A DNA stretch of 64,000 nt from Candidatus Poriferisodalaceae bacterium (GCA_965212125.1 OZ243045.1:1909521-1973520); one strand, 5' to 3'; shown: positions 1 to 10,471, numbered from the stretch's first letter. Notes: generated from the sequence alone by a model not told the origin. Made by a program: numbers and translations.

Positions 1-526
1 CGGTGGGCTCCACGCCGATGGCCCGAGTAAGCGTGTGGCGCTGATCGTGAGTGGCCGCTTCGGCGGGTGTGAGAATGCCGTGGCGCAACATTTCCGCCAC
101 ACGATTGTGGTCTTCGGTGAGCTGCTCTAGCCGGCCGTTTTGGTGGCGGTACACCCGCGAGTCGCCGACGTTGACTAGCCCGATTTGGTGCCCCTGGTCG
201 GTTTTGATCACCGCAATCGCGCACAACGTTGTGCCCATGCCCGTCAGTTCGGCTTGCTCGATTGAGCGGTTGTGTACGACCTCGTTTGCGTGTTGAACCG
301 CCGCTACCAAATCGGGGGTGGTGGTCGGCGAGCGTGACGCCATGGCGCGCACCGCCAGGTTTGCCGCCACGTCGCCGCCAGCGGGGCTGCCGAGACCGTC
401 GGCTACCACAAACAGGTCGGCATCCGCGTACATGGCGTCTTGATTTTGCGCCCTGACGAGACCCTGGTCGGTGGCACCCGCCCAGGTAAGTCGCATCTCG
501 CGGGTCTCGCGAGCCTCGCGGGTCAT
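1..526 (-). CDS. PP2C-family Ser/Thr protein phosphatase (5' part, runs off the window edge)
   Basis: My own minus-strand translation from ATG at 526 reads MTREARETREMRLTWAGATDQGLVRAQNQDAMY..VVADGLGSPAGGDVAA..GTTLCAIAV..VNVGDSRVY..LTEDH. These are PP2C signature blocks. It is absent from the ORF track because it is open at the window edge, and it lies directly downstream of an FHA gene. Confidence 0.85.
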   Translation of the reverse strand, partial: MTREARETREMRLTWAGATDQGLVRAQNQDAMYADADLFVVADGLGSPAGGDVAANLAVRAMASRSPTTTPDLVAAVQHANEVVHNRSIEQAELTGMGTTLCAIAVIKTDQGHQIGLVNVGDSRVYRHQNGRLEQLTEDHNRVAEMLRHGILTPAEAATHDQRHTLTRAIGVEPT

Positions 527-536
527 GCCGGGTGCC

Positions 537-971
537 TCATGAGTTTCCCGCCGAGTTGCCTGTCGAGTTGCCTGCGGAGTTGCCTGCTGCCGCTGCCACG
601 ACCTCAAACACGGTCGTGCCGATTTGGATCTGATCGCCCAAGTGCAGCACGGCGGTGGCGCGGATTCTTTCGCGGTTTATGTAGGTGCCGTTGGCCGAGC
701 TGAGATCTTCCAACAGATGCTGGCCACCGCGCTTGTAAAGAACCGCATGCTGGTGCGATGAATAGCCGTCGTCAAGCACAACGTCGCATTCGGCGCCGCG
801 ACCGATGAGCAGCCGGTCGGTCAGCTTGTGGGCGCGGCCTTTGTCGGCTTGCGGCGTGCAGACCACGATCGAGCAAAGGGCGCTGGCGAGGTTGCCGTTG
901 GCAGCGGCAGAACTGGTGGCGACAGCGTGAGCGGGATTGCGCGTCAGCCGTTTCGCCCATCTGCCAGCCAT
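537..971 (-). CDS. FHA domain-containing protein (FhaB/FipA-like)
   Basis: 144-aa ORF. The FHA core reads LLIGRGAECDVVLDDGYSSHQHAVL...SSANGTYINRERI. The C-terminal NSAGNSTGNSAGNS comes from a 12-nt x3 repeat. The gene is upstream of and adjacent to the PP2C gene. Confidence 0.85.
   Translation of the reverse strand: MAGRWAKRLTRNPAHAVATSSAAANGNLASALCSIVVCTPQADKGRAHKLTDRLLIGRGAECDVVLDDGYSSHQHAVLYKRGGQHLLEDLSSANGTYINRERIRATAVLHLGDQIQIGTTVFEVVAAAAGNSAGNSTGNSAGNS
552..587. repeat. 12-nt x3 in-frame tandem repeat (FHA gene 3' end)
   Basis: cgagttgcctgt / cgagttgcctgc / ggagttgcctgc, read directly. Confidence 0.9.
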
Positions 972-1039
972 AGCCGCCGATTGTACGGATAGGCAAGCAA
1001 TCTGGTTTTGTGGCGGTGTCGGTAGCCTTCAAGATCAGC

Positions 1040-1123
1040 GCGCGAGTGGCGGAATTGGCAGACGCGCAGGCTTCAGGTGCCTGTGCCCGTAAGGGTGTGA
1101 GGGTTCAAGTCCCTCCTCGCGCA
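1040..1123 (+). tRNA. tRNA-Leu (anticodon CAG), long variable arm
   Basis: Hand-folded cloverleaf. Acceptor GCGCGAG/CTCGCGC with discriminator A. Anticodon stem CAGGC/GCCTG with loop TTCAGGT. T-arm GGTTCAAGTCC. CCA is not encoded. Confidence 0.9.
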
Positions 1124-1192
1124 CATAGCTGACCCTGAGTGGTTGGCAACGCGGCTAGCCGGAGTGGCTAGCCAGCCCCGTCGCGCAGCGCG

Positions 1193-1789
1193 CTAGCAAC
1201 TATCGCAAACGCTGTCGCCGCAGCAGGTGGCTTGCTGGCGGCTGTTCTCTAGGACAAGCACAAGGCTCTGTTCCAGGTTGAGCAGAAACTGCTTGGTGTC
1301 TAACCCGCCCGCTCCGCTGTAGCCACCAAGACCGCCGCCGCTGGCGACCACTCGGTGACAAGGCAGAACGATCGGCATCGGGTTGCGTCCGTTTGCGCTG
1401 CCCACTGCTCGCACGGCCTTTGGGCGGCCAATGCGGCGGGCTTGTTCGCCGTAGCTAGCGGTTTTACCAGCTGGAATGGTTGCCAGCGCTCGCCAGGCCA
1501 ACTGCTGAAACTCGGTTCCCCGCAGGTCAAGCGGCAGATCGAAGTCGCCACGCTGCGAGCCAAAGTATTCCTTTAGCTGGTTGACGGTTTTGGCTAGCAC
1601 CGGATGGCTTGTTGAGCGGGTGATGCTTTCAAGCGGCGGCAGTTCGGCGGCGTCAGAGCTAGTGCCTTCCCAGGCGACCGCTCGCAGGCCGTTGTCGGTA
1701 GCGATGAGGGTTAGCTCGCCGACCGGGCTTTGCCAGGTCGTCAGGTAATGCTCGTCGCCGGTTGTTGATGTTGCTGCTGTTGTAGGCAT
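1193..1789 (-). CDS. ogt: methylated-DNA--protein-cysteine methyltransferase
   Basis: The PCHRVV active-site motif and NGRNPMPIVLPCHRV are present. I trimmed the 273-aa track ORF to the ATG at 1789 (MPTTAATS...) because the upstream part overlaps the alkA 3' end. Confidence 0.9.
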   Translation of the reverse strand: MPTTAATSTTGDEHYLTTWQSPVGELTLIATDNGLRAVAWEGTSSDAAELPPLESITRSTSHPVLAKTVNQLKEYFGSQRGDFDLPLDLRGTEFQQLAWRALATIPAGKTASYGEQARRIGRPKAVRAVGSANGRNPMPIVLPCHRVVASGGGLGGYSGAGGLDTKQFLLNLEQSLVLVLENSRQQATCCGDSVCDSC

Positions 1790-1814
1790 TGCTTTCTTTC
1801 TATTTAGTTGGGAT

Positions 1815-3455
1815 TTAGTGGATGGGTTTGTTTGATTGCGATTTGGGCTGATTGCGGTTTGCCTGGCCGGGGCTTGCGGCGCTCCAGATGTGCTGCGCAG
1901 CCCAAGACCGAAACGGCCGCCAGTTGTCAGCGATGCGGATCTTGGCGGCGTTTTTCTCTCGGGCGCTCTTCTTGCTGATGCCAGTCTTGTTGATGCCAGT
2001 CTTGTCAATACCAAGCTGGCGTTCTAAACCTAAATCGCCGGGCGGCCAAGCGTCGTCGCGGCCCAACACTCTCATGGCAATCAGCTGCGCCGTCCAAGGA
2101 CCGATGCCGGGCAGGGCGCACCACTGCGCTACTACCTCGTCAAGGCTTGCCACCGACAACAAATCAAGCTCGCCGTCGGCGATAGCTCCCGCCACCGCAC
2201 GCAGCGTGTCGATGCGTTTCTGCGTCAGACCCAACCCCTTCAAGCTGTGCCTAGCCACTGCGTCGGCGGTGGGGAAGATGTGCGTAATGCCCTCGCCGTC
2301 GTGGGCGAACGGATCGTCGCCAGCAAACGGGCCGCCTCCGGCGAACGACTCACCGACCGCCGCGGCGATGCGCCCCGTCAAAGTTGAAGCGCCCTTGACC
2401 GAAATCTGCTGACCAACGATGATGCGCACCACGGTTTCAAATCGATCCCAGCAGCGCGGCACCCGCAGGCCAGGCTGGCGTTTTACCAATGACCCCAGCT
2501 GCGGGTCTGAGCTCAGATGCTTGTACGCAGGCTGCGGATTTTCGTCGGTCGCAAACAACGTCCGGCAGCGCTGCACGTCGTCAATCACACACTGATACGA
2601 AGGCAGATGCATTGTGAGCGCCAGATTCTTGCCGTCGCCGGCGTCGCTTACTTCAATAATGCCCGGCTGCCCGCACACGCTGACCGAGCGGCGATAACTG
2701 TCGGCGGACACAACTTCCACGCCAACCGTGGCACGCGGTCGCAGATGGTCAAGCACCTGCGCGAAGTTGTACGGCCGCACGTAGGGCACCAACAACCGCA
2801 AGCCGCCACCGCCTGCGGCGTCCTGCTCATCAGTTCGACGGTGTGCGTCAGTTCGGCGGTGTGCGTCAGGCTTGCCGCGCTTCTTGGCGCGCAGGTGGGT
2901 GGGGCTAAAGCCGAACACATCGGTGATCACACGCTGAAACTGGCGCTGGCTTCCAAAACCGGCTGCTGCGGCGATGTTGCAAAAGTTCAGGTCGGTGTCG
3001 TCGATGAGGCGGCGAGCAAAGTGGGCGCGGCGAGATCGCGCCAGGTAGTCGGGTGTTGCGCCGATGTGCAAATCAAACAGCCGCCGCAGTTGCCGAGCGC
3101 TGTAGCCAACCTGCGCGCCCAGCTCGTCTTCGCTATGTGAATCTAAGAACCCGTCGGTAATCAGAGCTAGCGCGGCTTCGACGGGTTGTGATCCCGTCGG
3201 GCTAAGCCACGACCCTGCCCGGCGCTCGGGGCGACACCGCAGACACGCGCGATAGCCCGCTGCTTCGGCGGCCGGAGCCGAGCTGTAGCGCGATGTGTTT
3301 TCGGGCTTGGGTTTAGCAGAGCAACCCGCTTGGCAATAAATCCCAGTGGTGCGCACCGCTGAAACGCTGGGCGGAGCTTTGGCTGTAGTAGTCCGCGCTC
3401 TCGCCGCTTCCGTTGCCGTTTTGGTTGCCGCGCTAGTTGCCGCTACAGGTGCCAT
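1815..3455 (-). CDS. alkA: Ada-type Zn-finger/AraC regulator fused to DNA-3-methyladenine glycosylase II (AdaA-AlkA)
   Basis: The N-terminal Cys cluster (CQAGC...CLRCRP) is followed by an AraC-type HTH (YSARQLRRLFDLHIGATP), then an AlkA_N/HhH-GPD region (IIVGQQISVKGA...LPGIGPWTAQ). The same fusion plus an adjacent ogt is known in Mycobacterium. Confidence 0.85.
   Translation of the reverse strand: MAPVAATSAATKTATEAARARTTTAKAPPSVSAVRTTGIYCQAGCSAKPKPENTSRYSSAPAAEAAGYRACLRCRPERRAGSWLSPTGSQPVEAALALITDGFLDSHSEDELGAQVGYSARQLRRLFDLHIGATPDYLARSRRAHFARRLIDDTDLNFCNIAAAAGFGSQRQFQRVITDVFGFSPTHLRAKKRGKPDAHRRTDAHRRTDEQDAAGGGGLRLLVPYVRPYNFAQVLDHLRPRATVGVEVVSADSYRRSVSVCGQPGIIEVSDAGDGKNLALTMHLPSYQCVIDDVQRCRTLFATDENPQPAYKHLSSDPQLGSLVKRQPGLRVPRCWDRFETVVRIIVGQQISVKGASTLTGRIAAAVGESFAGGGPFAGDDPFAHDGEGITHIFPTADAVARHSLKGLGLTQKRIDTLRAVAGAIADGELDLLSVASLDEVVAQWCALPGIGPWTAQLIAMRVLGRDDAWPPGDLGLERQLGIDKTGINKTGISKKSAREKNAAKIRIADNWRPFRSWAAQHIWSAASPGQANRNQPKSQSNKPIH
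1971..2000. repeat. 15-nt x2 (plus a partial third) in-frame tandem repeat in alkA
   Basis: cttgctgatgccagt / cttgttgatgccagt, encoding KTGINKTGI. Confidence 0.9.
2831..2866. repeat. 18-nt x2 in-frame tandem repeat in alkA
   Basis: cagttcgacggtgtgcgt / cagttcggcggtgtgcgt, encoding DAHRRTDAHRRT. Confidence 0.9.
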
Positions 3456-3578
3456 ATGTGAAGTATGCCAAGCTGCGCGAGCAAAGAAAGGACATATTAG
3501 GACATCGGCAAGACATATCTGGACATGTCTTTTTGGCGGGTTTGGCGGGTTTTCTGAGCTTTGCTAGCGGAACGCCAA

Positions 3579-4754
3579 CTAGCGGAACGCCGGAATGCCG
3601 GTGATCTCCTGCCCGAGAATGAGCCCGTGGATTTCTTCGGTTCCTTCATAGGTCATTACCGATTCCATGTTGACCGCATGCCGCATAGGCGAATATTCGG
3701 TGCTGACCCCGTTGGCACCCATCATTGAGCGTGCCTGGCGCGCCACGTCAATCGCCACCCGACAGTTGTGCCGCTTCGCCATCGACACCTGATGCGGCTG
3801 CAATGCGCCCGCCTCCTTTAGCTGCCCTAGCCGAATGGCTTGCAAGTTGGCGTTGGTTGTAGCGGTCAGCATGTCGGCGAACTTGACCTGATTTAGCTGA
3901 AACCCTGCCAGCGGTTTTCCAAACTGCGGCCGATCAAGCTGATAGGCGAGCGCTTCTTCGTAGCAGGCGCGCGCCACACCCGCCGCCCCGAAAGCAATGC
4001 CGAAGCGCGCCTCACTCAGGCAGCTCAGCGGCGCACCGATGCTGCTCGCGGCAGGCAGCCGCATGGCTTCGGGCACCTCCACGTCGTCCAAATAAAACTC
4101 ACCGGTAACTGAGGCACGCAGCGAAAGCTTGTTTTGAATCTTGCGGACCTCCATGCCCGGCGAATCGGTCGGCACCAGAAAGCCACGAAAACCCTCATCG
4201 GTGTTCGCCCACACGATTGCTAGGTGGGCAACGCCGGCATTGGTAATCCAACGCTTAGATCCGTTGAGCACCCAGGTGTCGCCTTTTTGGATGGCTCGAG
4301 TTGCCATCGCCGAAGGGTCGGAGCCGTGGTCCGGCTCGGTCAAACCAAAACAGCCGATCACCTCACCGGCCGCCATCTGCGGCAGCCATTGTTCTTTTTG
4401 CTCTTCGGAGCCGTACTTCCAAATGGGAAACATGCACAGCGAACCCTGCACCGAAACGAAGCTGCGCAGCCCGCTGTCACCCGCCTCCAGCTCACGACAC
4501 GCCACCCCATAAGCCATCGCCGATGCGCCCGCGCAGCCGTAGCCGTCAAGGTGCATGCCCAGCAGCCCCATCTCCGCAATCGTCGGGATCAGGTCCATCG
4601 GGAAGGTGCCCGCCTCAAAATGCTCCGCCACCACAGGGTTGAAATCGTTGGCGACAAACTTGGCGACGGTGTCGCGAATCAGCAGCTCCTCGTCGTTCAG
4701 CAGCTCGTCAAGGTTGTAAAAGTCAGCCAGCCCGGTCTCGGATTGTTTAGCCAT
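3579..4754 (-). CDS. acyl-CoA dehydrogenase, glutaryl-CoA dehydrogenase-like
   Basis: 391 aa. ACAD blocks are present: GCFGLTEPDHGSDP, WITNAG and YEGTEEIH. Confidence 0.85.
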   Translation of the reverse strand: MAKQSETGLADFYNLDELLNDEELLIRDTVAKFVANDFNPVVAEHFEAGTFPMDLIPTIAEMGLLGMHLDGYGCAGASAMAYGVACRELEAGDSGLRSFVSVQGSLCMFPIWKYGSEEQKEQWLPQMAAGEVIGCFGLTEPDHGSDPSAMATRAIQKGDTWVLNGSKRWITNAGVAHLAIVWANTDEGFRGFLVPTDSPGMEVRKIQNKLSLRASVTGEFYLDDVEVPEAMRLPAASSIGAPLSCLSEARFGIAFGAAGVARACYEEALAYQLDRPQFGKPLAGFQLNQVKFADMLTATTNANLQAIRLGQLKEAGALQPHQVSMAKRHNCRVAIDVARQARSMMGANGVSTEYSPMRHAVNMESVMTYEGTEEIHGLILGQEITGIPAFR

Positions 4755-4800
4755 AACACCATTATGACCGCCACCCGCCCAAAGACCTAACCTGCACAGC

Positions 4801-5541
4801 GTGACCGAGCAACGCTTGTATTTCCGTCAGCTTTTGTCTGGGCGTGATTTTGCTACCGACGACCAGATGGCTGCGCAGATGGTCAATTTCAGTTATCTGA
4901 TCGGCGATCGGGTGACCGGCGAGGCGGTGGTGGTTGACCCTGCCTATGACGTTGCGAAGCTGCTGGAGATCGCCGCAGCCGACGACATGAAACTGACCGG
5001 CGTGCTGGCGACGCACTATCACGCAGACCACGTCGGCGGCGACATGATGGGCTACAAGATTGAGGGCGTGGCGGAGCTGCTGGAGCTGGCCGGTCTGAAG
5101 ATTCACGTGCAAAAGCCAGAGGCGGAGCTGGTGCTAAAAACCACGACGATTTCGGCTGACGATCTAGAGCAGCATGATCCGGGCGACAAGTTGATGGTGG
5201 GTGAGATTCCGATTGAGTTGATTCACACGCCCGGGCACACGCCGGGTAGTCAGTGCTTTTTTGTCGGTGGCGCAGCCGCGACAGCGGGCGGGATGCTGAT
5301 CGCCGGCGACACTTTGTTTTTGGATGGCTGCGGGCGAACCGACCTGCCGGGCAGCGACCCTGCCGCCATGTACCACACGCTGCATCACACGCTGGCACGC
5401 TTGCCCGACGAAGCGCTGCTGTTTCCCGGCCATCGATATTCGTTTCACTCTTCGTCCACGATGGAAATAACGCGCGCCAACAACTACGTTTTCAAACCCA
5501 CATCGGAGGCGCAGTGGCTAACGATGTTCGGCAATAACTAG
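4801..5541 (+). CDS. MBL-fold metallo-hydrolase (glyoxalase II / persulfide dioxygenase-like)
   Basis: THYHADHVGG metal motif, HTPGHTPGS, GTG start. Immediately followed by a rhodanese gene. Confidence 0.8.
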   Translation: MTEQRLYFRQLLSGRDFATDDQMAAQMVNFSYLIGDRVTGEAVVVDPAYDVAKLLEIAAADDMKLTGVLATHYHADHVGGDMMGYKIEGVAELLELAGLKIHVQKPEAELVLKTTTISADDLEQHDPGDKLMVGEIPIELIHTPGHTPGSQCFFVGGAAATAGGMLIAGDTLFLDGCGRTDLPGSDPAAMYHTLHHTLARLPDEALLFPGHRYSFHSSSTMEITRANNYVFKPTSEAQWLTMFGNN

Positions 5542-5546
5542 GCGCC

Positions 5547-6410
5547 GTGCCCGATCAAACGCAGCCCAATCAAACGCCGCTGCCACCCGTCATCACGCCC
5601 GAGCAGGCGCGCAGCGGCGAATACGTCTTCTGCGATGTGCGCTGGTATCTAGACGGCCGCAGCGGACACGATGCCTATCTAGCCGGCCACATCCCTGGCG
5701 CAATATTTGTAGACCTTGACAAGGATTTGGCTGACCCGCCTAGCACTGAGCACGGCCGCCACCCGCTGCCGTCGGCTCAGCAGTTTTCGCAATCGCTGGG
5801 GGAGTTGGGGTTGGCGCCAGATGACGTGGTGGTGGCCTACGACGACACCGGCGGTCAGTCGGCGGGTCGGCTGGTGTGGATGCTGCGAGTGCTTGGCACC
5901 CAGGCGGCGCTGCTTGACGGCGGGCTGCCAGCTTGGGACGGTCCGTTGTCGACCACGCCGGTTGAGCGGCCGCGTATTGACGTGCCGGTGCGCGACTGGC
6001 CAGCCGAGTTGCTGGCCGATGCAGCCTTTACCGGCTCGCAAGCGCAGACGGCTACCGCAGTGGTGGCTGATACGCGCAACCCAGAGCGCTACCGCGGGGA
6101 GGTTGAACCGGTGGACACACGCCCCGGGCACATCCCCGGCGCGATCAACCTGTCGTGGGACGGCAACCTTGACAGCCAGGGGCGGTTTCTAAGCAAGGAA
6201 GCGTTGCGTGAGCGATTTGAAAGTGCTGGCATCAGCGCCGACGACGGGCAAGAGACGATTATGTATTGCGGCTCCGGCGTGAGCGCGTGCCACAACTTGC
6301 TCGCAATGGAGTACGCCGGGTTTGGCACCGGCACGAAGCTGTACCCGGGCTCTTGGTCGCAGTGGAGCGCGCGGCCCGAACTTCCGGCCGAGCTAGGCGA
6401 CCCAAGCTGA
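5547..6410 (+). CDS. sseA: tandem-rhodanese sulfurtransferase (thiosulfate/3-mercaptopyruvate type)
   Basis: 287 aa with two rhodanese modules. The active-site loop is YCGSGVSACH, and the conserved ERYRGE and GHIPGA blocks are present. Confidence 0.85.
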   Translation: MPDQTQPNQTPLPPVITPEQARSGEYVFCDVRWYLDGRSGHDAYLAGHIPGAIFVDLDKDLADPPSTEHGRHPLPSAQQFSQSLGELGLAPDDVVVAYDDTGGQSAGRLVWMLRVLGTQAALLDGGLPAWDGPLSTTPVERPRIDVPVRDWPAELLADAAFTGSQAQTATAVVADTRNPERYRGEVEPVDTRPGHIPGAINLSWDGNLDSQGRFLSKEALRERFESAGISADDGQETIMYCGSGVSACHNLLAMEYAGFGTGTKLYPGSWSQWSARPELPAELGDPS

Positions 6411-6423
6411 GCTGGGTGTGCGC

Positions 6424-6729
6424 CTAAGTAACCAGCCGAAAAAGCGCTGTAATCAACGCCGCCACACCGATTGTTACGTACATCGGCATCCGCCGCCAAG
6501 CACACACCAGCGCTGCGCCCACGCCCAGCACCCGCGCATCAAGCATCACCTCGCCGCTAGAGGTCAGCGTTTGCTCAGCGATTACCGCGCAGATGATCGC
6601 CACCGGCAACGCGTTCAGCAGCGCCGTCATCTTGGGGCCTACCCGGTTGAGGTCAATCAAGAACATGCCAGCTAGCCGCTGTCCGTAGGCACCAACGGCG
6701 AGCGCCCCAATAGCCGCCCAGGTCAGCAT
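6424..6729 (-). CDS. AzlD-like small membrane protein (branched-chain amino acid export accessory)
   Basis: 101-aa hydrophobic ORF overlapping the stop of the upstream AzlC-like gene by 7 nt. This is the typical azlCD arrangement. Confidence 0.65.
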   Translation of the reverse strand: MLTWAAIGALAVGAYGQRLAGMFLIDLNRVGPKMTALLNALPVAIICAVIAEQTLTSSGEVMLDARVLGVGAALVCAWRRMPMYVTIGVAALITALFRLVT

Positions 6730-7472
6730 TCTTCGCCGCCTGGTTCGGCCGCGCTTGGGGTGTCTTCGGTTTCGCCCGACCCGCTGCCCGACCCGCCGTT
6801 CGCTCCGCTTGGCTGCTTACCCAACAGCACTCCGAACGCCATCGTCGCCGCCAGCAAAGTCGACAATCCAGCCGGCAGCGGCTGAACTAGCGCAACCGCA
6901 ACGACCGCAGCGGCAAACCCAATGGCGGCAGATTTTCGCTCACGCATCCTCGGCCAGATGATCGCAATAAACAGCGCGGGCAGCATGGTGTCCAGCCCAT
7001 AGGTAGAGATGTCGCCCAAAGACTCACCAATGAGCACGCCCACCACCGTGCCGATCCAATAAGGCGGCAGCAGTGCCAAACTGGCGATTAGATACACCCG
7101 CCGTCCGGTGGGGCTGCCCGCCGGCTCATTCAATGCCAGCGCAACATTTGGATCAAACGTCACAAGGGCCGCAGCGGCTTTAGCGCTGCGTCGCGTCCAC
7201 AGCCGCGGGGCAACCGCTGCCGCCAACAACCCGAAGCGAGTTGAAACCAGCCAGCCGCTCAGCACTCCCGACACCAATCCACCACCGGCGACGGCGACCG
7301 CCGTGTAGGACAAGATTGCGGTGGCCGAAACGACTATCACGGAGCCTGCAATGACCAGCCAAGGGGGAGTGCCAATCTCAATGTGCACGACCGCTACCGT
7401 GATACCTAGCGTGAAATAGGTAATAGCAACGGTCGCTATTTCGCTTTTCGTCAACAACGGTCGCTGTGTCAT
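6723..7472 (-). CDS. AzlC-like membrane protein
   Basis: 249-aa polytopic membrane protein paired with a 100-aa partner. The family call rests on size, architecture and gene pairing, not on a motif. Confidence 0.65.
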   Translation of the reverse strand: MTQRPLLTKSEIATVAITYFTLGITVAVVHIEIGTPPWLVIAGSVIVVSATAILSYTAVAVAGGGLVSGVLSGWLVSTRFGLLAAAVAPRLWTRRSAKAAAALVTFDPNVALALNEPAGSPTGRRVYLIASLALLPPYWIGTVVGVLIGESLGDISTYGLDTMLPALFIAIIWPRMRERKSAAIGFAAAVVAVALVQPLPAGLSTLLAATMAFGVLLGKQPSGANGGSGSGSGETEDTPSAAEPGGEEC

Positions 7473-7564
7473 GGCAGCAGTGTTGCGCGCGGTGTGGTGT
7501 GCCAGGCGGTGTGCCAGGCGGCGCGCACGGTGCGGTTAGACATGCGATTAGACATAGTGGGGCA

Positions 7565-8494
7565 ATGGACCCGGTCAACTGGGAAATAAAGCCGACGCTG
7601 ACAAGCCCGCTGCTGCTGGTTGCGTTTGAAGGCTGGTTTGACGCGGGCAGTTGCGCGACGGGCGCATTGACGTGGCTGCGCGACAGCGCCGAAGAAGTTG
7701 AGCGGTTCGCAGAGATTGACCTGGAGCGGTTTCTGGATTTTCAAGAGACCCGCCCGATTGTGAGAAACGGCCCGAATGACAACCGAGTGATTGAATGGCC
7801 GTCGGTTGATTGCTATGCGGTCAAGGACAACATGCGGCACGATTTTGTGGTGATGCAAGGCGTGGAGCCACGCATGCGCTGGCGCACCTTCACCGAGGCC
7901 GTGCTGCAGGTAGCCACCGACACAAAATGCCAGATGATCGTGACTATGGGTTCCACCGCGGCCGGGGTGGCGCATTCGCGTCCGCACACCGTGAAAAGTA
8001 GTGCTGGCAACGCTTCGCTGGCGAAACGGATGGGGCTAGCGGCGCCGACCTACCAAGGCCCGACCGGCGTCATCGGCACGCTGCACGACATGGCCGACAA
8101 GGCGGACATCCCGGTCATTTCGCTGCGGGTTGGCGTGCCGCACTATGTCGCCGGTCCGCCAAATCCCAAAGGAACCCAAGCGCTGCTGGAGCAGTTTCAG
8201 TATCTGATCGGCGTGCCGACGCATTACGAGGAGCTTGACACCGAGGTAGCGCACTGGGAGTCGCGGGTGAATGAGGCGACCGAGAGCGACCCGGAGGTTA
8301 TGGCGTACATCGTGCAGCTTGAAAAGGAGTCGGACCGAATAGCCGAGGAGAACCTGCCGAGCGGCGACGATCTAGCTTCGCAAATCGAGCAGTTTCTGAG
8401 CGAGCAAGATTCCGACAGCCAAGATCCTGGCAGCCCTAATCTCGGTCCCGACAGCCCTGCCCAAGATCCCAAACCCCCCACCGACGGTCGCTAG
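7565..8494 (+). CDS. PAC2 (proteasome assembly chaperone 2) family protein
   Basis: [21 protein letters not shown]-terminal block and acidic C-terminal tail. I trimmed the track ORF to the ATG at 7565 (MDPVNW), since the upstream part lies in the divergent promoter region. Confidence 0.75.
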   Translation: MDPVNWEIKPTLTSPLLLVAFEGWFDAGSCATGALTWLRDSAEEVERFAEIDLERFLDFQETRPIVRNGPNDNRVIEWPSVDCYAVKDNMRHDFVVMQGVEPRMRWRTFTEAVLQVATDTKCQMIVTMGSTAAGVAHSRPHTVKSSAGNASLAKRMGLAAPTYQGPTGVIGTLHDMADKADIPVISLRVGVPHYVAGPPNPKGTQALLEQFQYLIGVPTHYEELDTEVAHWESRVNEATESDPEVMAYIVQLEKESDRIAEENLPSGDDLASQIEQFLSEQDSDSQDPGSPNLGPDSPAQDPKPPTDGR

Positions 8495-8496
8495 CG

Positions 8497-9597
8497 ATGG
8501 CTGGTAGCAAGTTTGGCGAGCGGTTTTCGGTAACGACGTTTGGCGAGTCGCACGGCGGCGCAGTCGGCGTGATCATCGACGGCTGCCCGGCTGGCATCAA
8601 GCTGGACGCGGCTGCCATCCAAGCCGACCTTGATCGCCGCCGCCCGGGGCAGAGCCGCCTGGTTACCCAGCGCCAGGAAGCCGACGAGGTGGAGATTCAG
8701 TCCGGGTTGTTTGAGGGCGAGACCTTAGGCACGCCGATTTCGCTGGTCGTGCGAAACACCGACGCGCAGCCCGGCGCTTATGAGCACATGCGTGACCTGT
8801 ACCGCCCCAGCCATGCGGATTACACCACCGAGGCAAAGTACGGAATACGCAACTGGCAAGGTGGCGGGCGGGCTTCGGCGCGTGAAACCGTCGGTCGGGT
8901 TGCCGCCGGTGCGGTGGCGCGCCAGGTTTTGGCGCAGCTAGGCGTCGGCGTGCTGGGCTGGGTCAGTTCGATCGGTGAGATTGATGCGACCGTGGACGCG
9001 GCGACCGTGCGGCTAGAAGACGTAGAGGCCGATCCGACGCGCTGCCCGGATTCAGCCAGCGCCGCGGCGATGACTAAAGCCATCGAGGCCGCCCGCAAGG
9101 CTGGCGACTCGTTGGGCGGGGTGGTTACGTGTGTCGCACGGGCGGTGCCAGCGGGACTGGGCGAACCGGTGTTTGACAAACTTGACGCCGAGCTAGCGAA
9201 GGCGGTCATTTCGCTGCCGGCAACCAAGGGAGTGGAGATCGGCAGCGGCTTTGCGGGCACGCGCCTGACCGGCAGCCAGCACAACGACGAGTTTGTACCA
9301 GGTGCGGACGGCAAGCCGGCGGTGGCCAGCAACAACAGCGGCGGCATCCAGGGCGGCATCAGCAACGGCGCCGACATCATGCTGCGGGTTGCGTTCAAGC
9401 CGACCGCCACCATTTCGTCGCCGCAAAAGACCGTGAATACAGACAATGAAGCCGCCGAGCTAGCAGCCACCGGCCGGCACGATCCGTGCGTGTTGCCGCG
9501 GGCGGTGCCGATGGTTGAGGCGATGGTTTGTTTGGTGCTGACCGATCATCTGCTGCGCCAGCAAACAACCCGTCTGGCGAACCCGCCGTCGGCCTAG
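8497..9597 (+). CDS. aroC: chorismate synthase
   Basis: [36 protein letters not shown] and GRHDPCV blocks. Confidence 0.95.
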   Translation: MAGSKFGERFSVTTFGESHGGAVGVIIDGCPAGIKLDAAAIQADLDRRRPGQSRLVTQRQEADEVEIQSGLFEGETLGTPISLVVRNTDAQPGAYEHMRDLYRPSHADYTTEAKYGIRNWQGGGRASARETVGRVAAGAVARQVLAQLGVGVLGWVSSIGEIDATVDAATVRLEDVEADPTRCPDSASAAAMTKAIEAARKAGDSLGGVVTCVARAVPAGLGEPVFDKLDAELAKAVISLPATKGVEIGSGFAGTRLTGSQHNDEFVPGADGKPAVASNNSGGIQGGISNGADIMLRVAFKPTATISSPQKTVNTDNEAAELAATGRHDPCVLPRAVPMVEAMVCLVLTDHLLRQQTTRLANPPSA

Positions 9598-9624
9598 CGT
9601 CGGCCTAACCACGAGCCAGTTCTT

Positions 9625-10428
9625 TTGAATCTGGGCCCAGACCTGCTGCTGGCCGCGGCTTGCGTTGTGGCGGGGATTATCAATGCGATGGCGGGCGGCG
9701 GTTCGCTGATAACGGTGCCGCTGCTGACTTTTTTTGCCGACCTGGGCGGGCTTGTCGCCAACGGCACTAACCGCATCGGCGTGCTAACGCAAAATCTTTC
9801 TTCTGCTTTTAGTTATCGCCGCTCCGGGGTGTCGGGCGTGCGCAAGGCGGTGTCGGTTTTGGTGCCGGTGTTTGCTGGGTCACTGGTTGGCGCACTTGTG
9901 GTGGCAAACATCAGCGAAACCGCGTATGAAATAGCGTTCGGTGCGCTAATGGTGCCGTTGCTGGTGCTGAGCTTTTGGCGCCCCAGGAAAAAGAGTGCGA
10001 CCGCGACCGAGCCGGCGGGAGCTTCGCCACAGTCCACCCCGCCACTCACTCAGCCTCCCAGCGCGGCGATTGCTTGGCCGCGCTATGTGACTATCCCGGT
10101 GTTTGTTGCCATCGGCATGTACGGCGGCGCTTTTCAGGCTGGTGTTGGCTTGGTGATCGTGTTGGCGCTGTCGCGTGCTGGGCTTGATTTGGTTAACGCC
10201 AACGCTGTGAAGGTGGTCGTGATCGCCATGCTGACTGCGGTGGCGATACCGGTGTTCATCTTTTCTGACCAGGTGCATTGGGGCTATGCGGTGATTGTCA
10301 GCGTGGGATTTGCCGTTGGCGGTTGGATTGGTGCGCATTTCGCGGTGCGGGGTGGCGAGCGTTTGATCCGGCCGGTCATGTTGGTGGCGGTGGTCGCCCT
10401 GGCTGGTCGAATGGTCGGGCTGTACTAG
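9625..10428 (+). CDS. TauE/SafE family anion (sulfite) exporter-like membrane protein
   Basis: 267-aa polytopic protein with the AGIINAMAGGGSLITVPLL N-terminal motif and an internal duplication typical of TauE/SafE. Confidence 0.85.
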   Translation: MNLGPDLLLAAACVVAGIINAMAGGGSLITVPLLTFFADLGGLVANGTNRIGVLTQNLSSAFSYRRSGVSGVRKAVSVLVPVFAGSLVGALVVANISETAYEIAFGALMVPLLVLSFWRPRKKSATATEPAGASPQSTPPLTQPPSAAIAWPRYVTIPVFVAIGMYGGAFQAGVGLVIVLALSRAGLDLVNANAVKVVVIAMLTAVAIPVFIFSDQVHWGYAVIVSVGFAVGGWIGAHFAVRGGERLIRPVMLVAVVALAGRMVGLY

Positions 10429-10464
10429 ATCGCTGGTTTTTCAGCACGGGTGTTTTTAGTCGGG

Positions 10465-10470
10465 TACAAT
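10465..10470 (+). promoter_or_regulatory. candidate -10 box TACAAT, possible leaderless transcript starting at ATG 10478
   Basis: TACAAT ends 7 nt before ATG 10478 and there is no SD between them. The identical element sits before copy 2. No convincing -35 box. Confidence 0.35.
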
Positions 10471-10471
10471 C